Source: Giardia intestinalis
Lineage: Eukaryota
Strand: one strand, 5' to 3'
NCBI GenBank assembly: GCA_000002435.2
Contig: CM018791.1
DNA: 64,000 bases
This document shows positions 20,122 to 29,874 of the stretch, piece by piece. The notes beneath the pieces are model-generated. The model was not told the DNA's origin. It saw only the letters and a list, made by a program, of their open reading frames with translations, and searched no databases. Each line of letters starts with the position of its first letter. Positions within the stretch are counted from its first letter, which is position 1. The position numbers were made by a program, and so were the translations under genes.

Positions 20122-22200
20122 ATGCCAGTAGCTGAGCGGGAACGTGTCTACGAGAATAGCGAGCACCAAGGAGCAGGTGCATATGGCGTACGTGGCTGAG
20201 GTAAGTGTTGCTCTGCTACCCAACGCCCGACATGTACACTTTCGACTCGCTAAGCGATGCAGACAAAGATGCTAGCTTGGTCTGTAGTAGGTTTCCGATC
20301 CTTCTGCCCAGTGGCCTCTTGGATGAGCAACAGCCAACTGGAAAGTCGTCAATCGCTGGAACGCTCATACCACATAGTGGCCGCTCAAGAGGTGCAAGGG
20401 CTGCACACACCGCTGTGGATGGTGCGCTCTGTCAACGGCTCTCCACGCTGAGCTGGCCCTTAGCTGCTACTCTGTGGCCTCCGATGGGACGGGCATTATG
20501 AAGAGGTTTACTTGGAGAACCCCTGACATTGCGACGCCTATCCTGAGAAGACAATGCTAACTCGCGTAAGGTACTTCCACTGCTCATGCCCGTTGATCCA
20601 GATAACCCGTCCTGCATGCTTCGGATTGCCCTCTGCTGGCAACAGAGCAGCCACTATCCTGGGTGTCTCCTTCAGACACATTTTCATCTATGACGGTGCC
20701 TTCTGTCTCTTCTCTGGAGAGGCATAACCGTCCCAATCCAGACACCTTGCTCTCAGCATACACCTCGTATCTATCAGAGGCCAGGTGTTAGTCAACCATA
20801 TCCCGTGAGCATCAGCGCTGTGTCGCTATGTTACTTCCTGTCCCTCTTGAGGGGCGTATTCTGACCATCTTAGTGTTTCTATGATGGAGAGCTGTGGATC
20901 CGGAGGTGATTGTTGCTTTCTGGCCCCCCTCTGCTGTTCAGTAGACTGCAAGAGTGCCCTTCAGGAGTCGGTCCCCCAACCTTCTGTTCTCTCGAGGAAG
21001 TGGTCCTTGGATAGTGCCACCCAGAGGGCTCCCGAAGCCTCACTATATGGGTGCTGCTTTACAGACACTCCTGGAGCCTCCCTACAGAGTCGCTCAGTGG
21101 CGCAAGTCTTACCCATTGTCAGCGGGGGTCTCGGCTCTCAAGGACATCTCAGGGACAGCACGCCGGTGTCACTTCCTGACGGGGGCCAGGCGGGAGGCCG
21201 CTCACCCTTGTGGATCCGTCAGCGATAACGAGAGCACTAAGCCTGCCATCCTCGCTGGAGGTGCCGGCAAACGGTGCCCCGCATCCGCCCACGGAAGGGC
21301 TGAGTCGTGTGCTGTTGTCATAATATTCCATACTGGCGCAGATAAACCTCCCGGTGGCACTTGGGGATTCCCGACACGGTGCGCTAATATACTACTTGCT
21401 CGAGCTATCGCTCAGATCTGCGATCCCCGTGGTCTGGGCCAGGTGCCTTGAATGGCCTCCAGCCCTAGTAGGAGCACCGACCTGTGCTCCTTGTTCCAAA
21501 CAAGCATTCCGTCTATTGTGCCCAGCCCTGAAAGACTCGCTCCTTCGCAGGTGCCCGAGCCAAGCGCTGTCTGCCGCCCAGGAGGCGTGCTGGCATTCAA
21601 CAGAGAGGCTTGCAGATACCACAGACCTCGTTGGTAAAGCGCCTGGGCCCCTGCCCTGGGCACGAGTAAGAAGCCCCAGCAGTACTTCGCTGCGGACTAT
21701 GACACGGCTCCTGTGTGCACCAGGCGATGCACAGCAGCCACGAGTGTGCAGTCCTCTGCGCCTGCCCACCGATGACGCAGCTGGGGCCTGTGGGGCAGCA
21801 GGGCCGAGACATACATATGGGAGGCGCCAACGGGCATTGGGCTATTGGCCGTCAAATGGTGGGTATGACTTGAGAGGTGGCTCGCGGCAAGTAGTTTACT
21901 CGACCGCAGCAGACAGGATCGCCTTTAGCCTAAAACTGCCATGTGTTGGTAGATGCACCTGTGTCTCCCACCACTGTTCTGTGTGCCATTATTATATTCT
22001 GGCGTCTCTAGATTTGGCAGAGGCATCCAACAAGGAATTCACAACTAGAGGCTGGCCCAACAGCCAGAGAGGCGTCTATTGGGCTGTACACCCATGCACC
22101 GGGTTGTCTTGAAGGGGTCGTTCCCTCTCTAATCACGTGCCCTGTCCCCGGTCCGTACCGGCGAAAGTCTTACTGAGACACCCACTGTCCAGGATACTGA
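20122..22200 (+). pseudogene. decayed NEK-kinase/ankyrin paralog (frameshifted, premature stops)
   Basis: The ATG at 20122 encodes MPVAERERVYENSEHQGAGAYGV. This has the same Met-to-YE spacing and Gly-loop as the intact kinase (MVAPGVPAGYEQLAVLGNGAFGKV). A TGA follows at 20197. Further downstream, frame +1 carries AAQEVQGLH, compared with YAAQILQGVSYLHS in the intact kinase. Ankyrin-like remnants follow (ALSAAQEAC, MTRLLCAPGDA). GC-rich, no ORF longer than 252 codons. Confidence 0.45.
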
Positions 22201-22303
22201 CCAGATCACCAGGCAGCTATTGGCCGGAATAAGGGAGAGCCGCTCTCCTTGGCATACTCTACCATGTGCGTGCAAGAATGGATGGACCATAAAGTGACGC
22301 CAC

Positions 22304-24727
22304 TCAGTTCTTCTTTCGGAAAACGAAAAACCAAACCAGCACAGCCGCCACACCGCCGACGACGAGGACCACGCCGATGGCGATGCCAGAGATGGCCCCC
22401 GACGAGAGGGCGGACTTTTTGGAGGTGTTGTCGTACTCCAGACATATGGGCTTGACTGCGCCCTCTGGAACCACGCAGAGGCTGCACTTGGAGATCACCT
22501 TGTGACACGCCTTGCACGTGCTCTCGGAGAAGTAGTACCCGGCCAGGCAGTCGAAGCATGCCTCCCCATGAGGACAGGTGGCGCAGCCCTTGGAGCACGC
22601 CTTGCATACCTCCTTCTCCAGGTAGAACCCGCTGTTGCAGGCGCTGCAGACCCCACTACTACACATTGCACAGTTCGTCGGGCATGTAAGGAGCGTTCCG
22701 TTGTACGTTATCCCGTACCCGGCCACGGTGCTATCACACCAGCCGTCGCTCGCCTTCGTGCAGACAGTCTTCCCGGGGAGGAGCGTGGAGGTGTAGCACC
22801 CCCCGTTGAGGCTGAAGGAGTTCGAGCTGCAAGCAACACACCTACCGGCGGCGACATTCGCACACGCGATGCCAGCCGCCCGCGAGCTGGAGGAGGTGCA
22901 CGCCCCGTTGTTGGGGTACTCCGTGCTCTTGACGCAGCGCGAGCAGTAGCTGGTCCCGCCCACCGTGAGCCCGCACTCTGCGCAGCTGCTGTCCTGCACG
23001 CACTGCGGGACGCACGATCCCTTGGTACCGTCGCTGTACTCCAATCGCCTCTTGGCAGGGCAGGCGGTGCAGTCGCCGGATGCCGGTCCGCTGCACGTGG
23101 CACACTCAGAGCTACACGGCTTGCATTCTCCCGAGCCCTCGACGTAGAACCCGTCCCTGCACGTCTTGCACTTGGATTCCGACTCGCAGACTGCGCAGTT
23201 GCCGAGCGTGCACGCCACGCACCTCGAGACGCCGCCCACGGTGGCCTTGTAGTACCCGGCGGAGCCCAGGCAGTCCTTCACGCACAGACCGTGGGGGTCG
23301 AGGCTGTGGTCATCGGTACACTTTGTGCACACGTCTCTGTCCTCGCACGTGTCGCAGTTGGGGTCCTTGCACTTGGTCGCCACGCACTGACTATCGGAGA
23401 GTGTGTAGCCATACTTGCACTTCTTACAGCTCGACTCGTCGCACTCAGCGCAGTTCTCCACCGCGCACCCGACACACTTCCCGTCCTTCAGATAGGACCC
23501 GTCATCGCACGCGCAGCTGTGGGTCGAGGATGAGGACCCCTGTATGCCCTTCTGCCCCTTGGGACAGCTGGCCAGGCAGCTCCTCTTATCCAGGCTCAGG
23601 TAGAGGTCGCGGCACTCCAGACACTGAAGACCACTGTCCTTCATCTCACACCTTTGGCATCCCTCTATTCCCCCGTTGGCTGAGTCTCCACAGTGCCAGC
23701 ATCTGCTATTCCTGGTGAACACCTCTTTGGTTGAACTGTTACATGCGGTACACACATTGTTTTGCACTGTCTGACAAATCTGAGACCCTACTTGATCCAG
23801 AATATTGTTAAATAAGTAGCATCCACCATAAAACAAGAAGTATTGCCCGTTGCTATCATTCTTACAAGATGTACATTTTCCTGTTTTAGGGTCTTTTGTA
23901 CAAATATCATCAAATCCGCTGATTGACCTACAGAGGCCATTCTGAGGCACTTCTGATGAATTGGCGCACTGTGTGCACAACGATTGTCCCCGTACATCTA
24001 TAGTATTTCTTGATAAACAGATACTGTTGCCAGTTATGCTACCTATAGCATAACATGCAGAAGCGCTCCATACATAAGCCTTTGGACAGTAGTCACAATA
24101 GCCAAAAGCAGCTATGTTAGAAGCAGGCTTGCATCGATAATCAAAGGGGCACATGTTTGAATCTGAGCACGTCTCACAATCAGCCTCAACCTTCCCTGAC
24201 AATCTCGGTTGACTGCATTGTTGGCAATTATACACGCCACTGTGCCCACCAAAACCTATTGGGTCCCCGCAGTGAATACAGCGTTCAAGAGAAGTAGCAT
24301 TAGGATTAGTAAAGACGAGTGATGGGTATCCTTCGACGCCTTTTCCGCACTCTTTACAAAGCCCATTTTCTGCGCGGTGACAAATGGTTTTTTTCCATGG
24401 ACTATCTAAATTATAGCAGCCACCATAAAATAAGAAATAGTCACCGTTACATTTTGTGCACCATCCACCCGTCGGTGATTTGACACATACAGATCCTGTG
24501 CTAGCCTGATCCTTAATAGAAACACATTTCCCATTGATGGGAACATGTCCAGAAGTGCATTCTGTGCAGAGAAACATAGTTAAATTTATCAGGCATTTAT
24601 CCTGAAGACAGTTTAATACTGCATCTTTACATGAGTATCCAAACCCATTATGATATATAGGTACCTCTTCAGAGAAGAACACTGTCAACAGGCAAGTTGA
24701 TATTAGGGACAGCGAGAATGGCCTCAT
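22304..24727 (-). CDS. high-cysteine membrane protein (HCMP; VSP-like, non-CRGKA tail)
   Basis: Signal peptide MRPFSLSLISTCLLTVFFS. Many CXXC and GGCY motifs (FLFYGGCYNLDS, NGGCYTST). Single C-terminal TM (GIAIGVVLVVGGVAAVLVWFFVF) then a short tail RKKN. AT-rich upstream region. Confidence 0.85.
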   Translation of the reverse strand: MRPFSLSLISTCLLTVFFSEEVPIYHNGFGYSCKDAVLNCLQDKCLINLTMFLCTECTSGHVPINGKCVSIKDQASTGSVCVKSPTGGWCTKCNGDYFLFYGGCYNLDSPWKKTICHRAENGLCKECGKGVEGYPSLVFTNPNATSLERCIHCGDPIGFGGHSGVYNCQQCSQPRLSGKVEADCETCSDSNMCPFDYRCKPASNIAAFGYCDYCPKAYVWSASACYAIGSITGNSICLSRNTIDVRGQSLCTQCANSSEVPQNGLCRSISGFDDICTKDPKTGKCTSCKNDSNGQYFLFYGGCYLFNNILDQVGSQICQTVQNNVCTACNSSTKEVFTRNSRCWHCGDSANGGIEGCQRCEMKDSGLQCLECRDLYLSLDKRSCLASCPKGQKGIQGSSSSTHSCACDDGSYLKDGKCVGCAVENCAECDESSCKKCKYGYTLSDSQCVATKCKDPNCDTCEDRDVCTKCTDDHSLDPHGLCVKDCLGSAGYYKATVGGVSRCVACTLGNCAVCESESKCKTCRDGFYVEGSGECKPCSSECATCSGPASGDCTACPAKRRLEYSDGTKGSCVPQCVQDSSCAECGLTVGGTSYCSRCVKSTEYPNNGACTSSSSRAAGIACANVAAGRCVACSSNSFSLNGGCYTSTLLPGKTVCTKASDGWCDSTVAGYGITYNGTLLTCPTNCAMCSSGVCSACNSGFYLEKEVCKACSKGCATCPHGEACFDCLAGYYFSESTCKACHKVISKCSLCVVPEGAVKPICLEYDNTSKKSALSSGAISGIAIGVVLVVGGVAAVLVWFFVFRKKN

Positions 24728-25599
24728 GACAAATATTATTCTTTATTAAATATTAGCGAGAATTGAGCCCAATATATTGACTAAGCTGTTGGAAGCGATA
24801 TTTGGAAGTAAAGCCATTAGAATACTATCTGTCGCGCTTGCTGAGGATATAGCATAACATCGAGATTTACAGAAAAGATTACTCTATTTACACTAATCAC
24901 CGAATCACACGATGGTCTAATCAGTCTATAACCTTACTCCCTAGCAAGATTTACAAAACTACTCTGTTTGTCTCTGTCGTCAAAAGGATTTTTCTGTCTT
25001 AACATTAGTAATATAACTACTGTTCCTAAGGCTTCACAAGGTTTGCAGTATAGAGGGTTTTTAATGGAGGATGTGCTGAAAGAATGTACCTGGCACATAC
25101 TGTACCTTGTGAAGGAGCTTCTGCTGTTAGGAATATCTCCTTGGTAGTTGTAAGTAAATCAATTGTGGACAAGCTACTCGCAGAGCTATACACTATTCGG
25201 GAAATCACATATCTCCTTGTTTCGAAGTATCCATGTCTGTGGAAACTAATACCAGTGACACTTTTGTTAAACGAAACACTACGATGGAAGCACTAGTAGA
25301 TCTTATTAAAGGCTTGGAAGTACAGCAAAGGAGAAAATGGAGCGGTATATCGTGTCATTAGAAGGCCTTACCTACTTCTATAAATCATATCTTAACCTCG
25401 AGCTACTTAACGTACTTTCCTTTTGAGAAAAGGTCGTAACCTATGTGACTAAAATCCTTCTATTCTACTGATGAATCGTTGTTCACAAGGAGTACCTTGT
25501 CACTTGAAGCATATAAACGTCTAGATATCATGTTGTAATAGGTACTCTGTTTGAACACCTGTCCACAGAAGAAGTGCACACTCTAGAGAGCATGAAGAT

Positions 25600-28100
25600 G
25601 CAGCCAAGGTGGTTCTGAAAACATGGTCTGCCGTGAATCTGTCTGGCTTATTGCAGAGAACTACTTACCGTTCTCGCTCACGTTTGATATTCTATGCCGC
25701 TGGGCCCGCCTGGGGCGCACTCAGAGGCCCACGGGCAGCCCGCCCAAGCCTGATCCGTCCGAGGGTGGTTGTAGGCAGCAAGCAGGAGTTCCCCTCCACT
25801 AGTGCAGAGGGACGATCAGGGTCCCGTGCAATCGTCGGTGCCTGTGCCTCCGTGTCTCGGGGAGTGCAACGCGGGCTGGAGATCAGACCAGCCCGGCGAC
25901 CAGAGCAGAGCCCGACAAGTGCAAGGCGGTGGGCGTGGGTGTCATCCAGCAACTGCATGGATACCACAGCGAGAAGGTCAAGAAGCGCAGGGACGTTCTC
26001 AACCATCTACGGGATAGACGGCTCCCTTCACCCCAAACCAAAGAGGTACTGAGGGAGCCCAGTGGTGCCGGAGGGGGCCGGCCTGGGCCTTCATTGTCCG
26101 CGTGGCAGCCAACGAGCACCCGACGACCATCTCCTGCCAGCATCTTCTAATCACCAAGTGGGCCCACTATGGGACCAGAATGACTACGACTGAGAAGGCG
26201 TACTGACTCGGAGCCTGGGTGATCTCCCATACAAGCCACCGCCGCCCTGGGCAGGTCTCTCGCCCACGCACGGCTGGGATCAGAAGTTCGAGAGTCGAAT
26301 CTCCTCGGATCCCTGCAGAAGAAGCCCAAGCGGAGATCCGACGGCCCTGGTACTCAGCCCCAGCAAGCATCAGCCCCGCGACTGCCCGATGAGGGAGCCA
26401 CCGAAGAAAGCTTGTAGAGGCTCGAAGAAGAGAGTCTAGAGAGCAGCCGATAGAGTGAGCAGGGGGCCCACACCTCCCTGTCATGGAGAGCGGCGCATGG
26501 TGGCAGGCTCTCAATGGTCCCAATGGGGTCACTCGCTGACTACACGAACTGGCTCAAGGATGCTGGAGTTCACTAAGAGACTGCACCCTTGGGGACCTCC
26601 TACGCGATCCACAGCACGAGGAGCTGCCACGCCTCCTTCACATCACCGGAGGGCCCTGAGCAGCACGTCTCGGGAACCCTCTCCGTCTGAGCTCCTTCTG
26701 CAGCCTTGCGACAGACAGACGGTGCCAGCCCACGCACCAGGTCTCGGCGCCCGAGCGCGGTGTCCCGCGTGGGCCCTCACCATTGCCTGCCATGATGCCC
26801 CGGACAGAAAGCATCGGACCGGAGCGCTTCCCAGACTCCCCGGAGGCGCTCAGGGACGACCTCAACTATCTGCCAGGACAGGTTGAGTGTGCGGTTGAGA
26901 GACCAGCAACACCAGAGCGCCCTTGAGTTGTTCGCGGCCCGGTGGAGCCAGGTCAGCCCTTGCCTCAAACAGGGGTCCCAGTCGCTGGCTGTCCCCAGAG
27001 GGTCCTGGAACCTGCAGAACTCTACAAGGGAGACGTCGCCCCGGACACACACCAGTGCACTGTGAACCCCACCCCTCACGGGGGAGAGATCAGGTATCAC
27101 ACCAAGAACGAGGACCTTAGGAACCTGATGGAGAGGAGCGCCCTACGCTGGAGTGGCACCAGGCGAACGCCAAAGTAGTAGGAGCGGAAGAGCACGTGCC
27201 CGTCCTGCGCGAAGACCCTCCGCGGCGAGGCCGTCCAGACGTATGCAGCACAGACACCGGATGCAGGGTGCTACTGAGTGGGGCAACGGGGATGGAGAAG
27301 GACGTCCCCCTCAGCGCCCTTCGTGCGAGCGTGCTCAGGGGAGGGTACCTAACACCCCGCAGAGCTCCAGTCGAGAGCCGAGGAGACGCGCCTCGCTCAC
27401 ACAGCGGGGAAGCGGAGGAGCGGCATTCACCACCCCACTGCCCGGCCTGAAGCCTCGCCTCGAGGGGGAGCTGCCCCCTAACAGCGCCACCGACGACCAG
27501 CACCTTGCTATCCAGAGGGCCGGATCAGGACGGCCTGGCCCCTGAGAGACAAGAGCCCCCTCAGCCATCGGAGAGCACGGACGGCCAGTCCGCGGGGCTC
27601 GAAGTCCCCGGGCCTGCGTTGGCGAGTCCATCCGGGTGCAGGCCTTCAGCGAGATCCTCAGCGCGATCCATAGGATGGAATGCATGCTCTGTACGGTTTC
27701 GCCTGGCCCTTCCCCAAGAACGAGACAGGACAACCACGATCAGCGGACGATCATGATGCGCTCCACAACACAGTTCCAAGGAGCTGCGTCGGGACCTTCC
27801 TCCGGCTGCGCCACGCTGCACTCCTGGACTCGGTCCCTCGGGACCCTGCGCATGCCCCCATACTGCGTGGTACAGAACCTGCTCACCAGGAGCTGAAGGA
27901 GATACTCCACTCACTGCCCATGCCGACGACACACCCATCTTCCATAGTAGCGGCAGTGACGCGACAGGGTAGTCACAGAGGCGACAGGCCTGGTGAAGCA
28001 ACATGGCTCGACGGTCACCACCGGGTGCAGGAGCACAGAGGAGCAGGAGGCCTCCTTCTTGGCCGGTCTCAAGGAGCCCCCAGGGCAACCGAGGGCCGAA
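25600..28100 (-). pseudogene. GC-rich ORF-free block with ankyrin-repeat remnants (decayed Protein 21.1/NEK-type gene?)
   Basis: No ORF above about 150 codons in 2.5 kb of ~60-65% GC DNA; ORF lengths fit random expectation. Minus-strand frames carry ankyrin-like helices AVAGLMLAGAEYQG and ALWIARCWSSVALLGG. Tentative. Confidence 0.25.
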
Positions 28101-28379
28101 GCTAGTGATGGTACTAATCACTCGCCACACTTGTTGAGACGGACCCACACGTGACCCATATGAATCCCTCGACAAGAAATAGGACTTGGGGTGCTTGGCT
28201 GGCAGAGGCGGACTGATCCTGCCCGCACCGGAGAGTGGTGGCGGCTCACATGAGAGATCACTCAGGTAGTAGGTGACCTCACCCCGGTGACACGGAGAGT
28301 AAATTAGTATCCTAGCCAGATTAAGTATTTTCATTGTAACAATCTTAGTTTGAAAATAATTATAGATTGTACTTCGCAT

Positions 28380-29661
28380 TTACATTGTTAGGATCGCAGA
28401 AATATCCTCATCACTTAGAGCGCCTAGGAGATGTCGCCTATCGGATTCGTCTAATATTAACCCGCTTGTCGGTTCGTGGTATATGCGATTGGGGGCAGTG
28501 TCTTCTAAATTAGGATACTTTTCATATTGCTTGATCATGTAGTCTATGTTTCGTAGCTCGCTATTAACAGCGCGTTCTATAGAGCCTGGAAGCCGCGGAG
28601 AGATTGGTTCGCGGCTAGCTAGCATCGGGCCGGGATCAACTGGGGTTCTACTGAGAGTAAACGACCCCGCAGAATTGGATCGAGGTAACGGCCGGTCTTT
28701 TGCTGGGATGCGGTACTCTGAACCACTGGGCGTGTAGGGTGCACGCGCAGACTGTGGCCGCAGTGGCTGTGTTTGGAGGTCTACTCGTGGAGAAGGCTGT
28801 AGCGCAGGATGAGAGTGATATGCCTCGTGCTGCTTCTGTTGTTGTTGGATGGTTTGCTTGGCAGCTCGTAATTCTGAAACCAGCGTTCTGATCCTGCCTT
28901 TGGCCACAATCAGCTCTTTGTTGAGGGCCTCCACTTCTTCGGCCTTAGCAAGTACAGCAGGGCTCTTTGTAGACGGCGTACTTCGTCGAGCATCGAGATC
29001 CTTCTTGAGTCGGACTACGTCTGCATGTAGAGACTTGTTCTTCGCCTGCATCTTTTCGTTTGCCGCGACAACCCCTTCGAGATTTTTCTGAGGCGCTGCT
29101 TGACTGTCTCGTCACCTACATGCTGAACATCTACAATATCAGCGAGACGTACAAGTTGAAGAAGAAGCTTGTGGGACTTGTTTCTAATGGATGGACGGGG
29201 GTATCTCTCCACCGCGTCTAGGGTGTGAATTGCATGCCAATCAGCTGCTCACAGTGTCTGCCACTCCAGGCCATGAGAAGTTATCTACCACAGAGCTCAT
29301 CAACTTCACTTCTGAGTCGAAAAGTTCCACTGGATGTACAGCTACACGATGTACCGCGGACGAGGACGTGAAGAGTGGCATTTATTGAGCTGAGTCCTTT
29401 CTGTCGATCCTTTCGAGGAAGCCGCGTATGTCTTTCTGTGCCGCAAGCCTGAGGGTCTCGTCCCGGGGCTCGTCGAGCTGAGCAAGGGTCTGAAGGACGT
29501 CCCCGAAGACCTCTGGCCCACGGAACTCGGCGAGGTAGTGCAGGACCGCCGCCAGCTCCGTGTCTGGAAGCGCTGCAAGGGACTGTGCGATGGACAGGGC
29601 CCTCGTTTTGTCTTATAAATTGCCAGAACTGACCCATCTCACGGCTGCAAAGGAGTTGCAT
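28380..29661 (-). pseudogene. coiled-coil protein gene disrupted by multiple frame shifts and an in-frame stop
   Basis: An intact 223-codon ORF (28380..29051) is preceded by protein-like segments in other frames: ...LDAVERYPRPSIRNKSHKLLLQLVRLADIVDVQHVGDETVKQ (shift at A-run ~29082-29086), MPLFTSSS...DNFSWPGVADTVSS, and DKTRALSIAQSLAALPDTELAAVLHYLAEFRGPEVFGDVLQTLAQLDEPRDETLRLAAQKDIRGFLERIDRKDSAQ (shift at A-run ~29603-29606). A TAA separates the last two. Confidence 0.45.
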
Positions 29662-29855
29662 TCAGTGCATGGGATCCGTGGTCTGGTCTCTAGGTACCTG
29701 TACAGCACTGTTGGTCACATGTGAGCCCGTGGACACGCAAGGCGCGCTACTGGATAAGCCAAACATTCATCCACACGCCTGATGCTTGGTGCACTGGCTG
29801 AGACCCTGCTGTCTGTGCTAGCAGGAACAGACACCGAGCAGACCCATCGATGACG

Positions 29856-29870
29856 GTTTACTATCTAAGT
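29856..29870 (-). promoter_or_regulatory. VSP-type extended polyadenylation signal ACTTAGATAGTAAAC
   Basis: On the minus strand, 4 nt after the VSP stop codon (TAG at 29877..29875), the sequence reads ACTTAGATAGTAAAC. This matches the conserved VSP 3' motif ACTYAGRT fused to the Giardia poly(A) signal AGTRAAY. Confidence 0.8.
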
Positions 29871-29874
29871 ACAT

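Noticed and set aside
20100-20260. Metazoan-looking splice signals around the NEK-pseudogene start: tttctcttgcag|AATGCC ... GCTGAG|gtaagtgtt.
   Set aside because: Giardia introns are rare and use GTATGTT ... CTRACACACAG-type signals; no such branch/3' motif follows. The gtaagt coincides with the TGA and frame shift of the decayed kinase. Chance resemblance is more likely.
22502-23533. 343-aa plus-strand ORF antisense to the HCMP gene. Similar antisense ORFs: 30343..31095 inside the VSP, 18569..19168 inside the coiled-coil gene, 57602..58288 (Ser-rich) opposite the acidic tail, 14702..15322 opposite SerRS, 4363..4869 inside ORF2.
   Set aside because: They lie on the opposite strand of well-supported genes in GC-rich or low-complexity codons that are intrinsically stop-poor. 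Their compositions (A/R/G/P/S-rich or poly-Ser) are typical of spurious antisense frames.
28290-28310. Plus-strand AGTAAAT (Giardia poly(A)-signal-like heptamer) at the 3' edge of GC-rich block B. It suggested block B might be a plus-strand transcript.
   Set aside because: This single heptamer occurs inside the AT-rich 3' UTR of the minus-strand coiled-coil gene, where such matches are expected by chance. There is no supporting plus-strand ORF or promoter.
27561-28379. 272-codon open frame continuing in the same frame directly after the TAA stop of the 28380..29051 coiled-coil ORF. Possible stop-codon readthrough or a nonsense mutation.
   Set aside because: The downstream translation (RSTIYNYFQTKIV...GRSRRSSLELCC...) is not protein-like. 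Most of it lies in ~65% GC DNA, where 100-270-codon open frames arise by chance. Only about 33 AT-rich codons are stop-free, which is not significant.
19950-28380. Considered whether the GC-rich ORF-free blocks could be rDNA or a retrotransposon (GilM/GilT/GilD).
   Set aside because: GC content (~60-65%) is well below Giardia rDNA (~75%). The SSU 5' end motif CATCCGGTCGATCCTGCC is absent. There is no RT/endonuclease-like ORF or terminal repeat. NEK/ankyrin remnants give a better explanation.
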